Shown here: positions 1-8,320 of the stretch, piece by piece | Layout: every line of letters begins with the position of its first letter | Numbering within the stretch: position 1 is the stretch's first letter | Source of the DNA: Methanobacteriota archaeon | Lineage (GTDB): Archaea; Thermoplasmatota; Poseidoniia; Poseidoniales; Poseidoniaceae | DNA: 64,000 bases | Assembly (NCBI GenBank): GCA_038141355.1 | Contig: JAYQHX010000002.1 | Coordinates: 1,214,478 to 1,278,477 of the forward strand | Reading direction: 5' to 3' | The notes under the pieces: model-generated | What the model was told of the DNA's origin: nothing | The model's database searches: none | Seen by the model: the letters and a program-made list of their open reading frames with translations, nothing else | Program-made: the position numbers and the translations under genes

Positions 1-86
1 CCGCGGGCAATATTATCTTCTTGAATAATACCCTCTAAGTATTTTACAAGCCATATAGTGATAAGTAAAAACAAGCATCCTAACAT

Positions 87-1853
87 ATGGCAGACGACCA
101 ACGCGTACGAGGATACTGTGCATATGACTGGGGTAAAAGCGCCTTTGAAACATCTGTGACAACAGCAGTGTTTCCGGCATGGTTCGCTTATCTTTTCGCA
201 GAAGCAAACGGTATCTCTACAAAGGTACTTGGATCAGAATGGACAGCAGATGCAATGTTTTCCGCAGCTGTAATGATTGGAGCATTACTTGTTGCCCTTT
301 GCGCACCATCTCTAGGTGTTATTGCAGATAGGAGAATGATCAAAATATGGTGGCTAAGAACCCTCACCTTAGTTGGTTCAATCTCTTGTATATTGCTCGC
401 TCTATCACCTTATTTGGGAGTTTCAATGGGCTGGATTTGGGCGATGATAATGTTCATGATTGCAAATGTTGGTCTCAATGGTGCAGGTGTATTCTACAAT
501 GCGCTATTGCCTCACATGGGTGATGAAACAGAAATGGATGCGATATCAAACAAAGCATTCGCTGCAGGTTATCTTGGCGGTGGATTGCTGTTGGTAGTTC
601 ACCTTGGAATGGTATTGTCCCTAGACGGAGGATGGGTCATTCCATTCGTAATGGCATCATCTGGAATCTGGTGGCTAGGTTTCGCACAGATGACATTCAA
701 AATGGTCCCAGAACCTCATATCGAGGACGAAATGGAACCAATGGGTCTCGTTGCTTCAACCAAAATGGCATTGAATGTGGTAATCTCTACATTGAAAGAC
801 ATCAAGAGTTTCAAAACACTATTCTTTTACATGCTTGCATATTTCTGTTTCATTGATGGAATAAACTCTGTGACTGCACTTGCAGGAGTTTTCGGCATTG
901 TCGTATTAGGCCTCACAACTACCGGGTTAATTCTTACAATCTTGATTATTCAATTCGTTGCAGCTCCTGCTGCGATAGGATTCACAAAATTAGCAGAAAA
1001 ATGGGGGACAAAGAAAGCATTGCAATTCTCTCTAATATGTTGGTGTGCAGTAATTGTTGGCGCTCTATCGTTCGCACCACTAGAATTGAAAGAACATTCG
1101 GAATATGACATACAATATACTTGGATTGAAGAAGATAGCACATATGTTGTAGAAGCACGTGAAGGAGTAAACAATATTGCAGCATTACCAGATGACGATG
1201 AACAAAAGTGGGCATTAGAATTTGAGGAGATACTTCCAGTTGAGCAAAATGATGATGTCAAAAGGCAAGGCTATGCTGTTAAATGGGCTTATGATGATGA
1301 TGGCGCACCAGTAGCAATACCAGTGACATTGACTGCGGAAGCATTGGCTAGTCTAGAAGATTCGATGGATAAATCAAGATTCTCATACAGTGTGGAAGGA
1401 GGAGAATTTGCTGATGATAATGGGCTTGGAGTCAATCACCCAACCAGTTTAGGTGATGGGAAATTAGATTTCATTCCCGATACTGCTCGCTCATGGATTT
1501 GGGAACCTTTAGGAATTAGTGTATTCTTCCAGTTCTTATTACTGGGCGTATTTGCTGGGGCATTGCTCGGTGGCTCCCAAGGATTAGCAAGGTCAATGTT
1601 TGGCCAAATGGTACCTGAAACTAGATCTGCAGAATTCTTTGGATTCTTTGGATTCTTCGGAAAGGTAGCTGCACTATTAGGACCCCTAATCTACTCTCTG
1701 ATGACGGTTTGGTTTGATTCAAGAGTAGGAATTTTTGCAATATCTTTGCTGATTGTTGCTGGGGCTCTATTATTGCGCAAGGTGGATGTTGAAGACGGCA
1801 TTGCAGTAGCAAAAGCAGAGGATGAAAAGAACCGTTCGGCCGTTGCGGAGTGA
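87..1853 (+). CDS. MFS transporter, UMF1/Atg22-like, with a large acidic loop insertion
   Basis: N-terminal YDWGKSAFETSVTTAVFPAW, GVIADR loop motif, GGSQGLARSMFGQMVPETRSAEFFGFF and ~12 hydrophobic segments; ~140-aa hydrophilic insert late in the C-terminal half. Confidence 0.85.
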   Translation: MADDQRVRGYCAYDWGKSAFETSVTTAVFPAWFAYLFAEANGISTKVLGSEWTADAMFSAAVMIGALLVALCAPSLGVIADRRMIKIWWLRTLTLVGSISCILLALSPYLGVSMGWIWAMIMFMIANVGLNGAGVFYNALLPHMGDETEMDAISNKAFAAGYLGGGLLLVVHLGMVLSLDGGWVIPFVMASSGIWWLGFAQMTFKMVPEPHIEDEMEPMGLVASTKMALNVVISTLKDIKSFKTLFFYMLAYFCFIDGINSVTALAGVFGIVVLGLTTTGLILTILIIQFVAAPAAIGFTKLAEKWGTKKALQFSLICWCAVIVGALSFAPLELKEHSEYDIQYTWIEEDSTYVVEAREGVNNIAALPDDDEQKWALEFEEILPVEQNDDVKRQGYAVKWAYDDDGAPVAIPVTLTAEALASLEDSMDKSRFSYSVEGGEFADDNGLGVNHPTSLGDGKLDFIPDTARSWIWEPLGISVFFQFLLLGVFAGALLGGSQGLARSMFGQMVPETRSAEFFGFFGFFGKVAALLGPLIYSLMTVWFDSRVGIFAISLLIVAGALLLRKVDVEDGIAVAKAEDEKNRSAVAE

Positions 1854-1889
1854 AAATACTGATAGCCAGAGCCTAAGGGCGGTAAAACA

Positions 1890-3320
1890 ATGAGTCCATA
1901 TTGGGTAATGATGGGAATAATCCTAATCTTAACCCCAATTATTTGCTGGTTGTTTACGATTGGCAGAGAAGAAACAAGAACACCATTGAACAAAATTTTC
2001 GCAGTAATTCATGAAAAGCGATACTACCTGCATACTCTGGGTTATCTTGTAATTATCAAATGGAAAGCTCTCACTGATGACCTGAATGAACCAATTAAAG
2101 TCACAACTGGAAACTGGACTGAATTGGTCTATTCGCTAGAAGGTAATGTCACATTGTGGATTCAGCAAGCATTTGAAAATGCTTTGTTGACCGAATTTCT
2201 TAACTTTCATTATTTGTTTATTTACCTATTCTTAATCTATGTGACGACAGTGTATTTTGCGTACGTAGGTGAAAGAGATATGACAGATAAAGTCACTCTA
2301 AACTACCTCCTTATCTATGCCCTTGCCGTACCTTATTACCTCTTTTTCAATGTTGAAGTGACCTCGTCTTGGATACCTGGGATGAAAGCGCTTCTTTACC
2401 ACGATGGCTGGTATACAGTATTCTATGCTACTCACGACCCTCTAGACAATGCGATACCATCTTTGCATGTAGCGATACCATTCGGAATTATTCTCCTGAA
2501 TTGGCTACATTGTAAAGAAAAAGGAATCAAGATGCGAGAATGGACACATTGGCCCTATCACCTTTTCATCGTGTTAAACACAATACTGTTTATTTTTACC
2601 ATCGCATATCTTGGAATCCATTGGCTTATCGATATTCCATTTGGAATCATAATTGGAGGAATTGGCGCATTATTCATTCATCATCTGCAACCTAGAATGA
2701 GGAATGACCACGGAAGAATGTTTGAAGGAGTCACCAAAAAGAAAGTTATCAATCACACCTTTTGGGAAGGTGCTGCAACGCTAGTGATACTCTTCTTCGT
2801 ATTATCAGCAGTCTCCTATCAAGAAAGTAATCTAGATGACAGAGTTTCAATGAGACTGGGTGGCGGAGATTCTACCTATGAAATTTTAATTCCGCTTGAA
2901 AATGAACAAGAGGTCACTACTTCTATTACTAATTTAGATAACTCGCTTACACTTGAATTTGCCATATTATGGGTAGAAGAATCAGTTGATTCGATGAAAG
3001 ATGGAGTCATCGATTGGTCTGTTATTGAAGAAGAATACACGGTATACTCTGTTGCTCCAGGAGAAACAAAAAATGTGACTGTAAGCGATGAAAACCTTTG
3101 GCATCTAGTAATTTTGCACAATGCTGCCAAAGATGTGGATGATGTTATCGAAGTGAAAATAATCAATGATTATGGCGATAATGAAATGTGGAAAGCAATC
3201 GCTTTATCCATACCTTCTATGTGGATGACAGGATTTGTTATTCACAGAATAAAGCGACTAAAACAAGCAGGCCGTTCTTTTATTGATTCGACACCATCTC
3301 ATCTGTGGGAGGAAGAATGA
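1890..3320 (+). CDS. PAP2-superfamily (Aur1/IPC-synthase-like) membrane protein with a C-terminal soluble domain and final TM
   Basis: DNAIPSLH and GIHWLID match the PSxH and HxxxD catalytic motifs of PAP2/IPC synthase proteins; multiple TM segments. Confidence 0.75.
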   Translation: MSPYWVMMGIILILTPIICWLFTIGREETRTPLNKIFAVIHEKRYYLHTLGYLVIIKWKALTDDLNEPIKVTTGNWTELVYSLEGNVTLWIQQAFENALLTEFLNFHYLFIYLFLIYVTTVYFAYVGERDMTDKVTLNYLLIYALAVPYYLFFNVEVTSSWIPGMKALLYHDGWYTVFYATHDPLDNAIPSLHVAIPFGIILLNWLHCKEKGIKMREWTHWPYHLFIVLNTILFIFTIAYLGIHWLIDIPFGIIIGGIGALFIHHLQPRMRNDHGRMFEGVTKKKVINHTFWEGAATLVILFFVLSAVSYQESNLDDRVSMRLGGGDSTYEILIPLENEQEVTTSITNLDNSLTLEFAILWVEESVDSMKDGVIDWSVIEEEYTVYSVAPGETKNVTVSDENLWHLVILHNAAKDVDDVIEVKIINDYGDNEMWKAIALSIPSMWMTGFVIHRIKRLKQAGRSFIDSTPSHLWEEE

Positions 3321-4058
3321 ATGAATGAAAATCTATCAATAGATCCAGAATTTACTAATCTGTTGAAACAGATTTCAAATCACATTAGGTCAAAATTTAA
3401 AATAATCGTTGCCTTATTCCTACTAGGTATAGTAATTGGCATCCCAATTGCTCATAGAATAGTAGATTGGCTATTAACATCCAATTTAATTCCAGATGAT
3501 GTAAACATCATCATTTTAACACCTGTAGAATTTATAATGCTTCAAGTGAAAATTGGAGCATGGCTAGGGGTTTTACTTGCAACATTTTGGTTGCTCATTG
3601 ATGGCGCAATAAAAACAGAACTAGTAAATAAAATACCTAATCCTTCTTTTGCAATTACAAAATATGCATTAGGAAGTATGGTTCTAATGATAATGGGATT
3701 GGCATATTCATGGTATTTGTTGACACCAATGCTACTCGATTATTTAGCAGCGGATGCACAAGCTGCAGGAATTTCAACAGAATGGAGGTTATCGGCCTTC
3801 ATCGGTTTCATTGGTGGTTTATGCTTTGCATGCATAATTGGTTTTCAGGCTCCTCTTTTCACATTACTTTCAATTAATAGTGAAGTGGTTTCTAGAGAGG
3901 AATTGTTGCTTTACAGAAGACACATTTGGTTTGCAACTTTTGTACTAGGTGCTGCTTTTTCACCACCAGACCCTCTTTCTTTATTCCTGGTTGCAATACC
4001 GATTATATTGCTATTTGAGGTCGCGATATTTTGGAGTTCATTCACAGACAAAAACTAG
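3321..4058 (+). CDS. tatC: Twin-arginine translocase subunit TatC
   Basis: LTPVEFIMLQVK, FQAPL, YRRHIW, FSPPDPLSLFLVAIPIILLFE motifs; about 6 TM segments. Confidence 0.9.
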   Translation: MNENLSIDPEFTNLLKQISNHIRSKFKIIVALFLLGIVIGIPIAHRIVDWLLTSNLIPDDVNIIILTPVEFIMLQVKIGAWLGVLLATFWLLIDGAIKTELVNKIPNPSFAITKYALGSMVLMIMGLAYSWYLLTPMLLDYLAADAQAAGISTEWRLSAFIGFIGGLCFACIIGFQAPLFTLLSINSEVVSREELLLYRRHIWFATFVLGAAFSPPDPLSLFLVAIPIILLFEVAIFWSSFTDKN

Positions 4059-4869
4059 AATGAAGATATTTCATTGGAACCACCATTTTACCGGGGCTAG
4101 GTCTTGCTTCAGTTCCATGAGAATCTCCGCCGACTGTAATTGGCATCCCCTGCTCCATCAATTCCAATCTATAAGATTCTGAATGAGAGGAATGGAAAGC
4201 CTCTATGCAATCAACACCCAATTGCTTTAGTCTTGCTATTAATTTTGGAGTTTCTATTCCGTAATACTTTGAATGCGCCAAAGAAGTTATCCCTCCAGCC
4301 ATCCTTACCCGAGAAACTGCTTCGGAAATCGTAGGCAGCGGCCTCTCTCTAAATGCAGAACATCCATCTCCGATTAACTCATCAAAGGCAGCACTTACAG
4401 AATCAACATATCCCTTTTCAACCAGAGCTCTAGCAAGATGAGGTCTGCCGATTGCACCTGTTGAAAATTTTTGAACATCTTCGAATGTTAGGTCATAGCC
4501 CATCTCATTCAATGCAGAAATCATATTTTTCATCCTAGGGACTCTTGCATCTTTCAAACCATCAAGCCAAGTTCGGAAATCTGAATTTGAGCCATTCGGG
4601 AAATAAGCCAACAGATGCCAAGATTTTGGATCTAAAATTTCTGATTGCAGTTCAACTTTGCAAGTGATCTCAACTCCTTGAATAAATTTGATTCCTAATT
4701 TTTCACATTCGGCTTGCGCCTCTTCCCAACCTTTACTTGTATCATGGTCGGTAAGTGACCAAATTTTCACACCTGCTAAAAATGCTCGATTTGCCATTTC
4801 TGCAGGAGAGTGTAAGCCATCGCTGTAATATGAATGACTGTGTAAATCAACCGCTTCAGTCCACATCAT
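4042..4869 (-). CDS. PHP-domain metal-dependent phosphoesterase (TrpH/YciV-like)
   Basis: DLHSHSYYSDG, LTDHDT, GVEIT, GRPHLA, GGDSHG. Start placed at ATG 4869 (or 4866), just after the upstream stop at 4877, rather than 4932. Confidence 0.88.
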   Translation of the reverse strand: MMWTEAVDLHSHSYYSDGLHSPAEMANRAFLAGVKIWSLTDHDTSKGWEEAQAECEKLGIKFIQGVEITCKVELQSEILDPKSWHLLAYFPNGSNSDFRTWLDGLKDARVPRMKNMISALNEMGYDLTFEDVQKFSTGAIGRPHLARALVEKGYVDSVSAAFDELIGDGCSAFRERPLPTISEAVSRVRMAGGITSLAHSKYYGIETPKLIARLKQLGVDCIEAFHSSHSESYRLELMEQGMPITVGGDSHGTEARPSPGKMVVPMKYLHSSFCL

Positions 4870-4876
4870 ACCCAAC

Positions 4877-5506
4877 TCAAAAATCTGGTAATTCTGGTAA
4901 ATCAAGTTGTGTTTGAGGACTATCCTCCTCATTTAGAAAGTCGTCTAAGTCAATCATTGAGGAAACAGGTTGGTCGATTTCTATTGGTTCATCATCAAAA
5001 CTAGGCAACGGGACTGATTTTACTTCAGCAGTGGGTAAATTTACCTCAGCATCAGCGAGGTTTACTTTTGCGTGCTGAACTTGGTTAACAGTTGCAGCAT
5101 ATTCAGAAGCTGCACCAATTTCACCTGATGATAAAACATCAATTGCCCCAACAACCTGGGATTTGGATTGTGTGGTTTGTACGCCGACAATTGATTCAAT
5201 AACTGCAGCAGTGTTTGAATTCACAAAGTTTCCTTGACCTCCTGATACCATAGTAGGAAGGTCTTCCAATTCCATGTATTGTGATTCAGAACTTCCATGT
5301 TCATGGACAACTGGTATTTCGTGTTCCTTCTTAGCCCAATAGGAAATTCCAGTCGAAATTACTAGCAGTATAGCCAATACTGTTTCGATTTGACGCCATC
5401 CTTTTGGCGTAAAAATTGGGAAAATGAATGAGAAGATTAGAGCCATTAAAAAAAACAATCCAATTAGGCTTGAAGTGAATCCTATTACCGGGTGCTTTGG
5501 GTCCAT
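4877..5506 (-). CDS. Hypothetical membrane protein (2 TM plus acidic low-complexity tail)
   Basis: 209-aa ORF with two N-terminal hydrophobic helices, lying between folD and the PHP gene on the same strand. Confidence 0.65.
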   Translation of the reverse strand: MDPKHPVIGFTSSLIGLFFLMALIFSFIFPIFTPKGWRQIETVLAILLVISTGISYWAKKEHEIPVVHEHGSSESQYMELEDLPTMVSGGQGNFVNSNTAAVIESIVGVQTTQSKSQVVGAIDVLSSGEIGAASEYAATVNQVQHAKVNLADAEVNLPTAEVKSVPLPSFDDEPIEIDQPVSSMIDLDDFLNEEDSPQTQLDLPELPDF

Positions 5507-5531
5507 GTCTATACTCGGCAGTATCGAATTA

Positions 5532-6393
5532 TCAATGTTGGCCTTTCGCGGCCGCTACAGTATTCGCCATTAGCATCGCAACTGTCATGGGTCCAACTCC
5601 TCCCGGAACCGGTGATATCAAAGAAGCAACTTCGAACACTTCAGGGTCAACATCACCTGCAAGTCGCCAGCCTATTTCTCTAGAATCATCATCAACACGG
5701 TTTATTCCAACATCTATTACAACCGCACCGGGTTTTATCCAATCCGCCTTAACCATCTCGGGAGAGCCTACTGCTGCGACAACGATATCGGCTTCTTTGC
5801 AGATTGATTTTGCATCCGTTGTTCTTGAATGAACAACAGTCACCGTTGCATCGGACCCTTTGGCAGATAGTAGCAGAGCCTGTGGCATTCCAACATTGAA
5901 AGAACGACCTATCACAACAGCCTTTTTCCAGATAATTCGACTTTGGCCCACGATAACATCTCCATAACGCCAGCAGGGGTACAAGGGACCATTCCATTTT
6001 TCTGCCTTGAACAATCCTACCAAGATTACTTGGATGAAACCCATCAACATCTTTCATTGGGTCAATCAAATCGGTCAATGCTTCCTCATCGAGATGGGAG
6101 GGGAGTGGCGATTGAATTAGTATACCATTGATTGATGAATCATTATTCATTTCAATTATTTTTGACTCTAATTCTGATTGGTCGGTGCTTGATGGCAACT
6201 CTACGTGGGTAGACTTTATTCCAAGCCTTTCACATGATTTGATTTTATTACGGACATAGACATGGGATGCAGGGTCATCACCGACGATTATTACCGCTAA
6301 ATGTGGATTGATATCCATTTTGGAGATCTCATCCTTCAAACGCTGTTCAAGGTCTGCTGCACAGGCCTTTCCATCAAGAATCGTCGCTGGCAT
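5532..6393 (-). CDS. folD: Bifunctional methylenetetrahydrofolate dehydrogenase/cyclohydrolase (two -1 indels; ~287 aa joined)
   Basis: [22 protein letters not shown], then PCTPAGV in a second frame, then [12 protein letters not shown] and [10 protein letters not shown] in a third. Each junction is an A5 run that needs A6 (~5997-6001 and ~5933-5937). Confidence 0.93.
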
Positions 6394-6438
6394 ATTCTAT
6401 CCGAAAAAGAATCATGACATGATAGTTTTGACTAACTA

Positions 6439-6816
6439 TCATTCTTCTTCATCTTTCCAAAGTTCTCTATTGCAGGCAGGGCAGGTAAATTGAGTTGGTC
6501 TATCCCCATCAACTGTGACTAGACTCCCACATGGGCCGCAAAGTATTGTAGATTTTTTCGGCTCGTCTAGGGTAACATCTACTCTAAACATGAATCTACC
6601 CGCATCGGGAAGCCTCTCCATAGAAGGCTGCCAATTCGCAATAGCCTCTGGACTCATCCCTAATTCGCTCGGAATCGACATACCAATAATGAAACACAAG
6701 ACGCCACTTATGCCCATTACACCTCCCATGGCGATATTTACTCCAAGTGAAAAAATCGCACCCAAGACAATGAGTACTATACCTGATATCAGGAAATTTT
6801 CCCGCTTATTTTTCAT
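6439..6816 (-). CDS. Small membrane protein with C-terminal Zn ribbon
   Basis: Two N-terminal TM helices; CGPC...CPAC. Confidence 0.7.
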   Translation of the reverse strand: MKNKRENFLISGIVLIVLGAIFSLGVNIAMGGVMGISGVLCFIIGMSIPSELGMSPEAIANWQPSMERLPDAGRFMFRVDVTLDEPKKSTILCGPCGSLVTVDGDRPTQFTCPACNRELWKDEEE

Positions 6817-6820
6817 ATAA

Positions 6821-8098
6821 TCAACTCAAAGCTTGAGCGAGAGCCTCTGCTACTCGAGAAATCTTTTCTTCAGGAATTGCACAGAGTCCTATCCTAATAC
6901 CGCCTTGTAGAGGCACTAGATACACATCATACTCTACGCATTTTTCTGCGATTGATTCTGGGTCTTCATGATCGAGCCATGCAAAAAATCCGTCCATAGT
7001 AGGGTTGATTGGAATTCCCAGCGATTCACATTCTGAAATAAATTTGGTTCTTCTTGAATCTAGTAGTTGGGCTAATCTATCTTTTTCTTGTGACCACTTT
7101 TCGGCGATATCTTCAGAATTATGAATTGCACACGCACTATATTGACCCAATCTTGATGTTGCACTCCAGGTTTGTCTTGCCGTGACGCCCATTACAGAAT
7201 TAATTCTAGAAATAAAATCCCCGTCAGGATGTAAACTAACCAGTGCACCTGTTCTCAATCCGTATATCGTATGTGATTTTGATAGAGAGATGGCAAAACA
7301 AATTAGCAAATTTTCAGGCCACAACATGCCGTTTTCAATGCTGTTTAGAATAGTTTCAGCCCAACCAAATGGCTCATCAGCATATAGGGAATAAGCTGAA
7401 TCAATCAACAATGTGTGCCCGACATTTGCATTATTTATTGCAGATTCTACAAATGAATTCAAACACTCCATTCTATCTTCTTCAGACATTGAAAGACCGG
7501 TTGGGTTGTGAGCAGGGTCGTTAATCCATGTCATGACTTTCGACTGATTTGAACACAGTTTTTCCAATTGCTCTTCAAATTCTTCTTTTGCAAAATACTT
7601 CAAATTATCAGATTTATTTTTTGGAAGCAAAGGCCATGTCACGAAACCTAATCCATTATTTGTTAAAAAACCAGAATAAGGCTTCCAATGTCTATCTCTA
7701 AGTAGAACATTTTGTCCTGGTTCTAGGAAATTGTTTGCTGCTAAATACAAGGCCCCGCTTCCTCCAGGGCTTGCAGTAGCACCAACGCTAAAACCGAGTT
7801 CAGAGAAATTTTCTCTGGCATCCCCAAGTGCTAGTGATTTTGCTAAATCAAGAAAATCAGGCAAACCTGAAAGTGGAGCGTATGATGCTATATCATTTGC
7901 AGGTGATTCCCTGATAACTTCGTCTACAATTTTATTGATTGCTAACTGTCCATCATCTTCTAACAAAGCGCCAATAGTACCATTTACTGCGTCTCTTCCT
8001 TCCTTGACGGCATCTTGATATCTGGCCCACCATGAAAAGATTGTATCATTGCCTTTCTTGACAGAACCTGTTTCGTTAATTAGAAGATGTTCTGCCAT
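6821..8098 (-). CDS. PLP-dependent aminotransferase class I/II
   Basis: NGTIG, PGGSGAL, NDPAHNPTG, LIDSAY, SLSKSHTIYGLRTG (PLP lysine), GGIRI. Confidence 0.9.
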   Translation of the reverse strand: MAEHLLINETGSVKKGNDTIFSWWARYQDAVKEGRDAVNGTIGALLEDDGQLAINKIVDEVIRESPANDIASYAPLSGLPDFLDLAKSLALGDARENFSELGFSVGATASPGGSGALYLAANNFLEPGQNVLLRDRHWKPYSGFLTNNGLGFVTWPLLPKNKSDNLKYFAKEEFEEQLEKLCSNQSKVMTWINDPAHNPTGLSMSEEDRMECLNSFVESAINNANVGHTLLIDSAYSLYADEPFGWAETILNSIENGMLWPENLLICFAISLSKSHTIYGLRTGALVSLHPDGDFISRINSVMGVTARQTWSATSRLGQYSACAIHNSEDIAEKWSQEKDRLAQLLDSRRTKFISECESLGIPINPTMDGFFAWLDHEDPESIAEKCVEYDVYLVPLQGGIRIGLCAIPEEKISRVAEALAQALS

Positions 8099-8171
8099 GG
8101 CTTACGGAGCGAGTTATCTAATATTGTCTTGCCGTTGCATTCATGAATAGAACCTGCCTCGGGTGGTCAGC

Positions 8172-8247
8172 GCCAACGTAGCATAGCTGGTAGTGCTTCG
8201 GATTTGTAATCCGACGGTCGGGGGTTCGAGTCCCTCCGTTGGCTCCA
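8172..8247 (+). tRNA. trnT: tRNA-Thr(UGU) with encoded CCA
   Basis: Acceptor GCCAACG/CGTTGGC, anticodon arm TCGGA-TTTGTAA-TCCGA, T arm GGGGG-TTCGAGT-CCCTC, discriminator U, then CCA. Confidence 0.96.
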
Positions 8248-8320
8248 AATAAACCAAATCATATTTTATTCATGGATATTTATTTGAAAGGATGTGGCTG
8301 CGCCATAATCGGGTAGACAT

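Noticed and set aside
5532-6393. folD, and likewise pyk, aspS, metK and trmI, as pseudogenes or programmed frameshifts
   Set aside because: Both halves are intact, several genes are essential, no shared slippery heptamer or stimulatory structure is evident, and the indels sit in short homopolymers. Sequencing error is far more parsimonious.
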